Positions 30,431 to 43,690 of a stretch of DNA of 64,000 nt are shown here, in pieces. Below the pieces are notes generated by a model. That model saw nothing but the letters and a program-made list of their open reading frames with translations, did not search any database and had not been told where the DNA came from. Both the position numbers and the translations under genes were made by a program. Source of the stretch: the human T2T-CHM13v2.0 reference genome, Homo sapiens; the NCBI RefSeq assembly GCF_009914755.1, contig NC_060926.1. One strand, written 5' to 3'. How positions within the stretch are numbered: position 1 is the stretch's first letter; each line of letters starts with the position of its first letter.

Positions 30431-30810
30431 AGAATGGCATCTCTGCTAGCCTTGGCCTCCCAACTTCAGCATTTGAGTACTCACTGACACCTGGACCCAT
30501 CATACATTGTGTTTGGATATGACCCCCCTCTTAAAAATGCTTGCAATGTTTATTTTTGCCGGATGTCATCAAAAAGAAGTTGTTGATGGTGTGTGCTGGA
30601 GTTGGTAAAGCTGAAACTACCCAAATGGCTGTCACTAGAGGGCCAATAATGATGCTGTCTTTCAGCACTTCTTGTTAATACGTAACTAGAATCATGCAGC
30701 TCTCTTCTTTAATTTGTTCTGGACAGTGGGCCACTTTAGGGATGAACTGCTCAGCATTTCTGGCAGAGGAACAGCAACCCCTTAGGATATCCTTGATTGA
30801 AAAACTATAA

Positions 30811-31143
<333 letters not shown>

Positions 31144-31362
31144 TCACAGAGCTGGTAAACTGGGGACAGCCACAGCAAGAGTCCTGTAACAGCAGAGAAC
31201 AGTCCTCCATTCCCTCGGAGACATTTTCCAGCTCTTTATTTGAAATGCTTTGCAGAAACCTGGAATTCTGGACATTATGGTTATTAATATAAAGACTCCT
31301 ATCATTCCATAGCTCCCATCTCCACTGACCTCTACCCCATCTCTAATGACCTGTTACAGCTT

Positions 31363-31418
31363 TGACGTCACTCTCAGAGCAGGATTTAATGATGACTCAT
31401 CTTTGATACCTCTTCCTG
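31363..31418. promoter_or_regulatory. Candidate enhancer module: CRE, AP-1, TCF/LEF, ETS
   Basis: TGACGTCA 31363-31370, ATGACTCAT 31392-31400, CTTTGAT 31401-31407, CTTCCTG 31412-31418. Confidence 0.4.
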
Positions 31419-31437
31419 CGTAAATTCAACAGCATCC

Positions 31438-31628
31438 TGGCTGCTCACAGTAGAGTGCATTTACCAGAAACAGCAGCATTTCCTGGGTGCTTGCTGGAAA
31501 TGCAGCATCTCAGATTCCACTTCAGACCAACTGAATCAGAATCTGTTCAAGAATCGGCTTCTAACATACTCGCAACTGCTGCTGCTGCTGCTGCCGCCAG
31601 CCTGGGAACCACATTCTGAGTAGCAGGA
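31438..31628. mobile_element. MER5A1-like element containing (CTG)6
   Basis: cagcagcatttcctggg...gaaatgcagcatctcag...cagaccaactgaatcagaatctg...gggaaccacattctgagtagc. Confidence 0.75.
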
Positions 31629-31638
31629 ATGTAGACCT

Positions 31639-31808
31639 CAGTGTTTCCTAACCGTACTGATCATAAGTTCTGTTGGGGAGCTTCTTCAAAATACCTGTTT
31701 CTGGGCACAACTTCAAACCCTTTGAATCAGAATCTTCAGAAAAGGGACTTTGGTATTTACAGCCAGCCCAGGTGGTTCTTCTGGATGGGCAAACAGAGGA
31801 AACACTGG
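31639..31808. mobile_element. MER5B-like element
   Basis: cagtgtttcctaacc...tgaatcagaatct...ccccaggtggttct...ggaaacactg. Confidence 0.65.
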
Positions 31809-32462
31809 GAATCTAATTTAGAGTTCTAGGCCGAGCTCTCAGCTGCCTGCTCTTCTCCTGCCTGAATTTGTTGCTTAACAGATGGAAGCACAATACAGCT
31901 TCCACTAGGGCTGTTTCTTTTTCCCTTTTGTTCCTCCAAAGACTTGCTACCAAATGCTGTGTCTTCAGCATCTGGAATTGTTTTTTTACCTTCTCTCTAT
32001 GCAGTTAGGTAAGAAAGGACCTTGGAAGGATTCAAATCCCAATTCTAGGCAAAGATATGTTAATAGTCACATCCCAGTGGCAATGCTGTTTAATGTTAGT
32101 GTTTTGAAGACAAAATGCAGATTCCTGGCCCTGGTTGTTCTGCAGGTTGTAGCCTTAATAAACTGGTTGGTCTGAGTACATAAGTTTTCTTGAGGACTGA
32201 CAAAATGCAAGAACAGTGTTAGTAATGGAAGAAAGGAATAAAAATGATAACCCTGTCCATCTAGGATGTAGGAAAACAGTATTTGTTAAGGTTTTCTACA
32301 TCTTTGAAAAACTGGTAAATAATATAGTTGCCTAAAATTCTTAGGATCTTTGTTAATTGCTTCAATATTTTTCCTTCCTTAGCCTTGGATTTTTTATAAG
32401 ACAGTAGCGACATTAATACCTGCAGGGCTCCTCATGTGAAGACTAAAAGTGAATGCATAGAC

Positions 32463-32645
32463 CAGTGCTTCTCAGTGGGGGATGACTTCATATCCCAGGA
32501 GACACTGTTGTCTGTCATACCTGGGAGAGAGGGGCTGGTACTGGCTGTTAGTGGGTAGGAGCCAGGGATGCTGCTAAGCATCCTACAATGCCCAGGATAG
32601 CCCCCACCGCAGAGATTATTGAGCCCCAAGTAGTGCCCAGGTTGA
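32463..32645 (+). mobile_element. MER20
   Basis: cagtgcttctca...tagtgggtaggagccagggatgctgctaagcatcctacaatgcccaggatagcccccacc. Confidence 0.9.
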
Positions 32646-34688
32646 TCTAGACCAAATACTCTCCACATCTTCAGAGCTTAATGATCATCACCCTGTTGTC
32701 TCTCTACCAACGTTGGGCCCCAAGTTACCCGATTGGTAGAACCAAGATTTGAAAAAATGTTCCTCTGCCTCCAGAGCTGTATTCTTTTCATCCCAACGTG
32801 CTGACTCCCACTGGTAGCAGACTATGGTAATTTTTTCGTGTTGATTTATAGGAGTGCTGCAAATTGCAAATCCTGTTCTCAGTCCCCCAAATTCGCTGCG
32901 TATCTGCTCTCATTATGTCATTTTCAGATGGAGAATAGAGGGTTGAGGCTTGGAGCAACAGAGGAAGCAGAATATAGAGAGAGTTGACATAGACTGGGAT
33001 TTTTATCTATTTTGTTTTAAACAGAGTAACTGAGCTCTTATAAGAATCAAGAGATTTAAAACTTAATACATTTTAGGGGGGAAAGCCGAAGACTCAACTA
33101 CAGAGGCAGAAGGAGAAGTAGGCTGGAAGTAACTAACAATTTCTGACTTGTGGTGCCACCAGGTAGAGCTCCTGGAGTCTCCACTGCCTGGGCAGTCCTT
33201 GACATCCTTTGAGAGCCAAAGTGTTAAATATGTAAGAGCACTGGATAATGAACACGTAATTGGAGCATGGGAAAAATCAGACACTGTGAACTCGATTATG
33301 ATATGTTGGTAACAAGGAGTGAAAGCACCTAACCTATTCAGTGAGATTACTGATGAAAAATATATATAATGAAAAAAATATATAAATATTATTCAAAGGG
33401 TAGACTAGCTGCAGTGCCTCATGTTTAATTTAAAATACACTTGCATTTCAACCTCAGATGAGCAGTTCTGAAATGTCATGAAATGCTGGGAACTTTCATG
33501 GAAAGAAAAACTTGCGGCAATCATAATATTAGAATTTGTTTGCCCTAGGGTGTCCATAATCTTAGAACAAAAAATACTCTTTATGTGGAAATACCTTGTA
33601 GTTACTAGGAGCCTTTTATTATAAAGAAAAAGAAAGGCAATAAAAAGGAATTCATTCTAAGGAGGTGTTTAGAGTTTCCTTTAACTGTTTCCTTTACCCA
33701 CATAGCTTGCCGTTAATACTTCTCTATTAAGCTTTCAGAAAGAGGAATTGCATTTTCCACCTCGCTGAAGAGGCATGAGAGTGGTACACTTGGGCTATAC
33801 TGAGATGGAGGCTTCGCTGACAGCAGCCATCCAGATCTGGGTCTGCTTTCCTTTTTCACCTTATTAGCTATTCCCACCTCATAGTCCACAGGCCTGTGGA
33901 GGGGGCAGGGGACAACCAGGGGACAGCCACGTGGACAGGGAGCAAGGGAGGAGGGGCTGGGGAAAGCACCTAAAAGAAGAGGGAGTACCAAGCATGCCTT
34001 AAATATCTCACAGGTTTCCAGTTGGCCTAGCAAAAAAAGAGATGATATAGAGATGTACACAGGGGAGCGCCAGGTAGAATCTACCTACCAAGGACACCAC
34101 TGGTCTTCATAAAGAATAGCCAAGTGTTATGGAAGAGAAAAGGAGAATAAATCTGACAAAAGTGGGGGGTATTGAAAGATGGGCAAGGTGTTTGGAAAGA
34201 AACAGAAAGGGAGGATGGGCTTAGCAAATGAGCAGACTATATAAGCCCACTGGAATTGTCAAAATTAAGGTTACACACAAGGGAGAACATCTGTATCATG
34301 ACACATTGAAATAATAAGTATATTAATTTACTTATCACATCCAATGCTAAGACAGATTATGTACCTTTTGTAACTCCTGAATTCTCCAGAATTTAAAAAA
34401 TGCTAAAGAAGACACACACTGTACCCCAAAGGTGAGAAAAAGGAGTGGTTGCCCAAGACCCCTCTTCTGTTCAACTTCATGAATTCACCTGTGGAATCTT
34501 TTAAAATAGGGATTCTGAGAGATTCTTCTGGTTTGTGAGGAATCTGAGTTTTTTAAAGGCTCTCCAGATATACCCCTGAACAACCTTTTACCGGAGGGGC
34601 CAGCGTCTAAGACACTATGAAAGATAAAGAGTATAATACTGAGCATTATTTTCCAGATTTTGGAGGGAATGTGGCCAAGAAAGCAAGA

Positions 34689-34690
<2 letters not shown>

Positions 34691-34720
<30 letters not shown>

Positions 34721-35022
34721 CTGAGACAGGGTCTCACTCTGTCACCAAGGCTGGAGAGCAGTGGTGCAATCATGGCTCAATGCAGCCTCTACATCCCAGG
34801 CTCAAGTGATCCTTCCAGCTCAGCCTCCTGAATATGGGTTTACAGGCATGCACCACCACACCCAGCTACTTTATTTTTTGTATTTTTTTTTTTTTTTTTT
34901 TTTTGTAGAGATGGGGTTTCACCATGTGTCACAGGCTGGTCTCAATCCCCTGGGCTCAAGTGATCTGCCTGCCTCAGCCTCCCAGAGTGCTGGGTTTACA
35001 GACATGATACACCATGCCTGGC
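34691..35022 (-). mobile_element. AluJ with T30 tail and expanded middle T tract
   Basis: gagacagggtctcactctgtcacc, gcaatcatggctc, ctgggctcaagtgatc (J diagnostics). Confidence 0.9.
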
Positions 35023-35246
35023 TTACATTGTTTTTGTTTTTTTTTTTTCTTATTAAATGTATCAATAATTTTTTTATTTAAAAAAAGGACACGTTTTGTG
35101 TTGCCTTTTAAAAATACATGTTGTAGCAAGCATATAATATCTATTAACAAAAAGAAAAAATAGTTTGCAAAACTCTTAATTATAACTTTATTTGATATGT
35201 AACTTTCTGCATCATATGGTATTAGTAGCAGCTAAAAAATATTGAG

Positions 35247-35550
35247 GGCCAGGCACAGTGGCTCATGCCTATCACCCAAGGCTTTGGGAGGTTGAATCAG
35301 GAGGATCACTTGAAGCCAGGAGTTCAAGATCAGCCTGGGCAACATAGCAAGACCCTGTCTGTACAAAAAACTAAAATTAAAAAAATTAGCCAGTTGTGGT
35401 CGTGTGCACCTGTACTCTCAGCCTACTTGGGAGGCTGAGGAAGGAGGATTGCTTCAGCCCCGGGATTTAAGTTTGCAGTGAGCTATGATTATGCCACTGT
35501 ACTCTAGTCTGGGCTACAGAGGGAGACCCTGTATTAAAAAAAAGAAGAAA
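35247..35550 (+). mobile_element. AluJo-like, inserted in a MIR
   Basis: ggaggatcacttgaagccagg, gcaacatagcaagaccctgtc, gagctatgatt; minus-strand MIR continues to about 35680. Confidence 0.9.
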
Positions 35551-37399
35551 GTATTAAGCATATACTATGTTCTAAGCACATATTAACTCATTTAATACAT
35601 ACACAGACATACATGCACACACACTCCCACTGTACCATGTGCTATTATTATTCTTATTTCACAGATCAAAAAATGAGCAAATATGTGTGCAAAAGTATGT
35701 GTGTGTGTATGTGAGTGTATGTGTAGTTTTAGGTAAAAGAATAAAAGATATCCTAATTGTCGTTGACTGATACAGAATTTTTTAGGCTATAATTAGTATT
35801 CTTGTGCTGTGCTGATTAAGACTTTTATCAGTTCTTGGGCTAAATATAAATATTTATACTCCTTTTTTGTTGGCAGGTTTTAATAGTTAAAGATAGATTC
35901 GTGGAGAGGGTAGAAGATGAATAGCAAACAATTGATGGAGTCTTCTAAAGTTTAACATTAATGATTAAACAACATGATCTGATGACTTACTCAGCAACTC
36001 AAAGACAATAAAACATAATAAATCTGTCAATTAGCATTTTCATCTTCTCTCCCAACAGAGCTTAATGGCACCTGCAAAATGCAATTTTCAACCCAGAGCT
36101 CTTTGACATTTTCTGTTTCCTCCCATGTCCCTCTCCCGTTGTTCCCGTTATGACTGAGAGCAGCAACGTGTTCTGCTCCATGGTGGCAAATGAGTCACCT
36201 GCCATTGAAAGGAAAGCAATTATTGTGTCCTCTCTAAATCTCAGGGATGACTTGGGTACTACTTTTCCACTTAAGGGCATAAACAGCCAACCCAGGACCG
36301 GTTTTAAGTGGCTGAACCTTAGCAACAGCAGCTGGGCTACAGGTTGATGTCACCTGAGGTGCCCATTAAAGGTGTGGAAAGCTGCCAGACAAGAATGACT
36401 TCCAGTAACTACGACTTCTCCCTGGAGGGAGCACAACGCACTGCCACACACAAAGTGACAAATAATGACTGCAAAGATAGCATCTTGCCTTTATCTTCCT
36501 GGTCCTTCGGTTTGAGGACAGTGACCCAGGCATGGAGGTTAGGCTGTTTCTTGGATGGGTTTCCAGCTGGTGGGAGTAGATGCTATTTACACAAGTGTCA
36601 GGAATTACAATTCTTCCTCTTCCAGGCAGCTATGTTTAGCTCACATGTGTGTCACACGTGTGTAGACCCCAACACCACCATCTCTGAACTGTCAAGTAAG
36701 GAGATTCTGGGTGATGAGAAAAAGTGTGCCCTCAGGGAGACTTCAGATAGTACCTTGGAGCTTTACATCTAATGAGGACATCTCAATTGTTTTTCTAAGC
36801 TTCAGAGTCAAGTGCCTTGACAAAATGGGCCCAATATAACATTTCCCCTTGAGTCATTTTTAAATGCACCTTTTTCTTCAGTGAGCTAAAGAAAACTGCC
36901 TTATAAACACCATCAATGTACCAAATGAAAGATTCCATTCTAAATAAATACGGCAAGCCTCCATTAACCAGAATCCAACACTCCAATGCACCCAGTTAAC
37001 CAGAATTAGGTTCACTACCTCATTTTTAGAATCAAAAACCAATACTTAAGAGCATATAATAATTTCAGCCAAAAAAACCCCACAAAATTTTCAGGTCTTT
37101 TTATGCAACCAATTATCTCAGGGGTGCATTTTCTATCTACCTGTTTACACAGAAAATGAGTTTTTAGAATAATGATTCTGAGGCAATAATCATATAGTCA
37201 ATATATATAATTATTGGTATACTTGTGCTTAAGACTTGAAAGTTTTAGAAAAAATGTCCACTGTATTTGAAAAGAAAATTTTTAAGGATTCTGAGATTAA
37301 TGATAAAGTAAACAAATTTATATTCACCCTTACACCTTGGGCTTCTAGTATTCCAGAAAAAAAAATAATAATAAGTGTTTCTTTTACCCTGCTATTTGC

Positions 37400-37540
37400 T
37401 CTGCTTCTAGGGGAGGTCTGGAAGCTTTCCTTCACCTCACAGATGGGTGACCCAAGGTGGGAGGTCAAATGACTTGCTCAGAGTGAGACAGCATGTCAAT
37501 ACCCAATGCAGGGTTAGACACCAGAGCTGTGGACTAAGCC
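37400..37540 (-). mobile_element. MIR fragment
   Basis: cacagatgggtgacccaagg...ggtcaaatgacttgctcagagt. Confidence 0.55.
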
Positions 37541-38729
37541 CTTCACGGGCAAATCCATCACTGTAGAGGTATACTGCTTGAAACCATTTTTCCAAAAGGT
37601 TCTCTCTGGAGGGAAAATTCTGGTCTCAAGAAATGAAACTTTGATTACCCAGCAATGGGACTCCTTGCCAGCTCTTTTTTGAAATAATTATGAATCTAAA
37701 ACGTGCCCTTGTTTGCTCTGAATTTTCCTTTAATGTTTACTGGCAGGATGAATACAAAGCCTCCACAAATTAAGTCTTCCCAGAATTAGTTCAGAAGTGC
37801 ACTTTCTATTACTCTGACTAGCAGCTCCTAGAGTTTCATAGGAGATTGGAAGTTAATTCTTTTCAGAGTTGCTCCAGGCAAAAAAGCAGGGGATGATAAT
37901 GTTTAGGTACTTTTCTCCCTCTTTTTTAGATAAATCCCAGGTCCTGAAGTCTGAAGAGGTCATTAGTCAGCAGAGGGTATGATACATCGGAAGAGGAAAG
38001 GCTACGGAGTCACTGGGGGCTGGGTTTGAAGCCTGGCTTGGGGCCTTTAATGCATTAGCAATGAATGTTAATGCTCTCTGCTTTCTTCCACGACGAGGAA
38101 AAGCCATGGCCTTGACGAGCTCAACAAATAGAGTGTGGAAGTGAAGTCACACAGAAAGACTCAACGGTCCTACCTTTCTACAGCTACTATCCACATTAGC
38201 CACACTCTGTCACCTTGTCAGCCACCACTGAATTACTAGTAGAATTGAGAGTGGTGACAATCTAGCATCTTCCTACTTACTTTCAACATTTTCCATAATC
38301 ATATATAAGTCCTTAGAGCCAATCAGACTGCATTGCTGAACACCATGCAAGAGAAAACTTCTCAAATCTCCTTTGCCAACATTTTTATATCATATTGATT
38401 TTGCTCCCCTACACAGTGAGGGACTGCACTGGGTGTTGTGTGGAAATGAAAGTGATTAACACACAAGGAAGGTGCTTGTTTCAACAGTACAAACTGGAAT
38501 GCTACAGAGAAGATTCGGATGGCCCTGTGCAAGGATGACACCCAAGTTTGTGAAGCACTCCATATAGAAGGGAAAAAAATTAAAGACACAAGGGAGGACT
38601 TTGCAACCTCCTATGTGCATACGCAGATTGAGTAGAAGGCGCTGTGATAAGGGCTATAGGAGGGACTCAATTTGCTATCAGAAGAAAAGGCAAGAGAAGA
38701 AGGCCGTTAGTGATCCGTTGAGAGATGGT

Positions 38730-38940
38730 TTATTTCAATGGTTATGTGTGTGGACACTGGAGCCATCTTGCTTGGATTCAAAGCCTGGCTCTGTGACTTA
38801 ATGGTCGTTTGACCTAGACCAAGTCTCTCAGTCACTTTGTGTCTCAGGTTTCTCACCTGTAAAATGGGGATAATAATGATTCCTGTTTCATAGGGCTTTT
38901 CAGAGGATCACGTGAATGAATACATATAAAGCTGGCACTG
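38730..38940 (+). mobile_element. MIR
   Basis: ggattcaaagcctggctctgtgactta...gtctcaggtttctcacctgtaaaatggggataata. Confidence 0.85.
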
Positions 38941-38984
38941 TCGTATTAGACATTTCTTTTGAAAGCTGAATTGGAAGTGCTCAC

Positions 38985-39235
38985 GGTGGTGGTAAAGTAT
39001 CTGTCATGGAGGGCATGCCATGCGACAGATGCTAGCTCGGGCACTTTTATGTTCATCATCTTATTTAATTGAAACTTCCCAGCAAATAGATATTATCACC
39101 CAGATTTTAAAAGCTATTGATCACGAGAGTTGAATATGTTGTCTGACATTTCATAGGTGGCCATTGGCAAAGTGGAGATTCAAGACCACGACTGTCCAGC
39201 TCCCAAGTTCATGCTCCTTCTGTCCCTCAGCACTA
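38985..39235 (-). mobile_element. MIR
   Basis: gcacttttatgttcatcatcttatttaat...atattatcacccagatttt...ggagattcaagacc. Confidence 0.6.
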
Positions 39236-39629
39236 CCTTTGACCATTTCTCCGTATATGCATATAAAAAGAATTTCCTTTTATTGAGTATATGTAGATTG
39301 GGCTTGGTTATCAAGCTGTTCTCCAGTGATAACTACCCCCTTGAAGGAGGCTGCTGCCCGTTTTAACGGTGGAATCGCAGTAATGAAGCATGTGGAGCAG
39401 CAGATGCCTTGCCAGAAAATAATTAGCAAAATTCCTGAATTAGGGTGCCCCTCACACTGCTGCAGTGCAGAAAACAGTGAACTGATTGATGTTAGATTTT
39501 TTTATCTTGGTAAGAAGGATCAGGTTTGCTCCTTTACAGCATGTGGCTGAGCTGGGTCTCTACTGTGAATCAAAAAGAATAGAAAGCCAAACTCAGGTCC
39601 ATTTACTTGAGGTCATTCACTACCTCCTA

Positions 39630-39875
39630 TAATAATGACACACATTTGCTGAGTACTAATTGTGTGATATTCATTGTGCTAAGTGTTTTGCATAAAATGT
39701 CTTAAGTTTCACACGGCCCAGTGGTGCAAGCTTGTTGTCATTCCCATTGTTTAAGTGCCCAAATCTAGACACGGAGCAGTAAAATAACCTGCCCAACCCT
39801 TCCTGGTATCCATGGAATGTCTCAGTGGTATTGGGATACAAATGAAGGCAATCTACTTTCTGAGCCATAATCACT
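39630..39875 (-). mobile_element. MIR
   Basis: acatttgctgagtactaattgtg...attgtgctaagtgttttgcat...aataacctgcccaa. Confidence 0.7.
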
Positions 39876-40819
39876 GCGTTATAGTCTCTTACCCCTCTCA
39901 CTCTTAATCAAAGCAAAAAAATTGGCTTCAAACAAGCAAATTGCTACACTTGACAACAGAAATATAAGCCAAATCTGAATTATTAGATTGCTAGTAATTC
40001 TTATTTGACTATTAATTGGGTGCTTTAGCTGGGCTGGGTGTACCTTTTGCTTTCCTTTAGTTGGATAATTGCAAGCGAAAATTTTGGATATTACCATTCA
40101 TGTACAGAGAGAGGTAGAAGTCAGCAATTACACTAATCCCCTTAATCCTTTATGTACTTTACCTGCACTGTAAAATTCCTTGATTTTAAATCCGCCACTT
40201 GTTCTATAAAAAATGTATAGACTAAAGAACCACAAAAAAGTTAAATAAAAATTTTTGCCTGATGATATATTGATTGTACATACATATCTTTACTTTTGCA
40301 TATTCTATGTTGCCATTAAAAGATCCATTAAAAGCTGAGTTCAAATAATTATTCACTGCTCACATTACTATGATAATCAATTGCCTGTTATGAAAATTAT
40401 TGCCATCTTTAAGAATTGCTTTGCTAAGTGAAGTAATTAGAACTGATATTTTATTTTCTAGTTCAGTTCCAAAAATTGATTTTATATGCTAATCAGAGTG
40501 TGAAAATTGGGACATAAATTTTATAAACAAAATGAATGGCTAGTCAGGCTTCCTATTTGACACTTTATATAGTATTTGTTGTTTCTCAAGGCATCTTGCT
40601 CTTGAGAACACACTGCTGATTACTGTATCTGTCAGAACTAGGTAGGATAAGTTTTTCATTTTACAGAGTCTCAAGTATCTGAAGTTCCAAGAATTAAGAG
40701 GTGTGGGCCTTCAATCAGGACAGAGGGTGGAAAATCACACCTTCTGTCCACCGAAATAGCCATTATTTCTTGCAGCCCCAACAGAAAAGCAGAGGAAAGA
40801 CAGGTACCATTTACCAACT

Positions 40820-41025
40820 GTCTTGAGTGTGCCTGGTGTTAAACTCCTGACATATATGTTTTTTCTGTTCCTTATGGTTATCTGGCTAGGTAATTACTAT
40901 TATTATTACTCTTACATATAAGGAAGCAAACAGACTAGGAATTTAATTTGTGATCGCACACCAAGTAAGCGGCTAAGTTGGGAATCAATCCCAGTCTGCA
41001 GGTTCACAAGGCCATGCTTTTCCTT
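40820..41025 (-). mobile_element. MIR
   Basis: taggtaattactattattattactcttacatataaggaagc...gggaatcaatcccagtctg. Confidence 0.65.
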
Positions 41026-42094
41026 TCCTTTAACAGGCCAAGTGCAAACAGCTGAAGTGAATACACTTCAGCACAAGGCTCGAGCTTCATGATGATTTTG
41101 CCCTTTGGCACAAATGTCTTGGTAAATGTTTCAAAAGAAAGTTAATGCCTTCACTTGGTTTTTAGGTGATCATGAATTGTAGAGGAAGATGCAGGAAACC
41201 ACAGGTTGAAGTTGCATTTAGAAGCAAAAACAAACAATATTTTCATATATATTACTGGAATTATGAGGTGAAATGAAAGGAAGAACCAAATTTGGTAAAA
41301 TAAAACAAGATGGTAGTCTCAATTCCAGCTCCGCTAATAAGAAAATGGGAAATTTTGAATACATTCCCTATCTGAGTCTGAAACAGCTCATTTGTAAAAT
41401 GAAGGGTTATGCTCTTTAGGTTAAGAGTTTCTCTTCTGGCTACACGGGTGGCTGATAAAGTTGATTTCATCTCCAAAAGTGACAGGGAGCAGGCTTCTGT
41501 TTGGCAGAGGTATATCCCTACCGGGTCTCACTGCCACAGGAACAGAAGGGGCACTCGTTAAATACTGTCACCCTGTTTTGCCCTCATGATCCTAGGTGTC
41601 TCTTAGAGAGACATAAGTGACATTTTTATAATAAATACCAAACAACAAACATTGTCAGATCCTTTAGGGGCTTGGTCATAGATCAACAGACTTCCTGTGG
41701 CCATAGCTAGAACTCAGGCCTCTTTTCAATTTGTTTTCTGATCCCCCACTCTTCATTTTATCATCATAAAGAACCCAAATTATTAATATGCCAGTAGGAC
41801 AATTTTAATTTTTCACATAGTACATGGACTCACACTCAACATACCTGGGTTTAAATCCAGCTGCTGCTATTGTGTAGCTGAACTTCTTGAACTTCCTCTA
41901 AACTTTTCTGGCCTTGGAGTCCTCGTTAGCTTGAGATTTCTCATGTCCTTTATGCTCCAGATTCAGGACAACTTGAGATGCAGGCTTAAAGAAGAAGTAA
42001 GTACCAAGCTTGTGTGCTGCATTAATGCTCTGCTAAATGTCTGTGCTATAGGGATGAGTTCTAATCAGACTGACATAGAAAGAATTTCCCTCAT

Positions 42095-42474
42095 TATTAT
42101 GGGGTAAAGTTCATACATTACCCCCAGTACTTTAGAATGGGCTTATATTTGGAGATAGGATCTTTAAAGAGGTAATTATGTTCAAATAGGGTGGTTAGGG
42201 TGGGCCCTAATCCAATATGACTGGTATCCTTGTAGAAGAAAAGATTAGGACATTACCAGAGAGAGACAAGTGGATGCACAGAAAGATGACTGTGTGAACA
42301 CACAGCAAGAAGGTGGCCATCTGAAGCTAAGGAGAGGGGTTGCAGAGGAAGCCAATCCTGCCTACATGTTGATCTCAACCTTCTATCTTTCAGAATTGTA
42401 AGAAAATGAATTTCTATTCTTTAAGCCACTCAGTCTGTGGTATTTTATTATGGCAGCCCTAGCAAACAAATATG
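42095..42474 (+). mobile_element. MLT1B-like MaLR solo LTR with 5-bp TSD
   Basis: atttggagataggatctttaaagaggtaatta, gggtgggccctaatccaatatgactggtatcct, ttaagccactcagtctgtggtatttt...gcagccctagcaaac; TSD ctcat at 42090-42094 and 42475-42479. Confidence 0.9.
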
Positions 42475-43330
42475 CTCATTATACCAATAATCAACTTCCT
42501 TGGATAGAATGGACCATTCTTATGATGAATTTCATGCTGTAGCACGGGATGCATATGTTTAAACAATTTTGCCCCTAAAGTTAATAAACACTATATAATA
42601 TGGGCTATACTCAGATATCTAAACATTTTATTCCTTCAAGTACAAACATTTGAATCAAACATTCAAAAACTCTAGATTTTAATATTAGCAAATAATAGAT
42701 TCTTGGAATATTTAAAGAGCATGATTGAAGGATAAGCTGAATTATATGGGTCTATTGCATTTTTTTTTTGTTGAAATCAAATATTTGAATTTCATAATTT
42801 GGTTAAGAAAAAATATAGCAAGTACCATCACAGACATTTGGTTTTTAATGCTGTGAAGCAGTGGAGTGAAATTCTATCTATAGAGTAATAGCAACATGCT
42901 ATTCTCTAAGGCTCCCAACAAATGTTCAAAGATGTAGAGTTCCTATATAAACATACCAATTCTAAATGTACACGAATGATTCTGTCATTGCATTCTAATT
43001 CTTAGTAACAGAATGTAGTAAGTAAGCATTCAGAGCCTAAGGTCTTTACTCACATACTAGGAACCTGAATCATGCACCCCCATCTTATAGTGCAGCTTTC
43101 ATTCTGAAAGATTAAATCCTATTGCACCATCATTAATCAATTCTTCTCATAGCATTCCAGCAAAAATAATACAATGAGTATCAGGTTCTTTTTTGGTACA
43201 TAAGAAGACAGGCATAGCTGATTTGCTAAGGCAGGAGGCCTGTTATATGGTGTTATCAAGACTAAAACTACCAAGTGTTTTCTGTTTTAGTCCGAAAAGA
43301 TTTATTTTCTCTTTCCAAGAGAATGTGCTA

Positions 43331-43690
<360 letters not shown>

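Noticed and set aside
35597-35725. Complementary CA-rich and TG-rich tracts that could fold back
   Set aside because: Imperfect low-complexity sequence around a MIR; no specific structure supported.
36344-36772. 142-aa ORF, and similar ORFs at 47013-47456 and 56275-56730
   Set aside because: No recognisable domain or exon structure; the 56275 ORF lies within L2; lengths are compatible with chance in 64 kb.
41051-41072. 9-bp perfect hairpin gctgaagtg-aata-cacttcagc, and a similar one at 42881-42908
   Set aside because: Too short for a pre-miRNA, and a few such stems are expected by chance in 64 kb.
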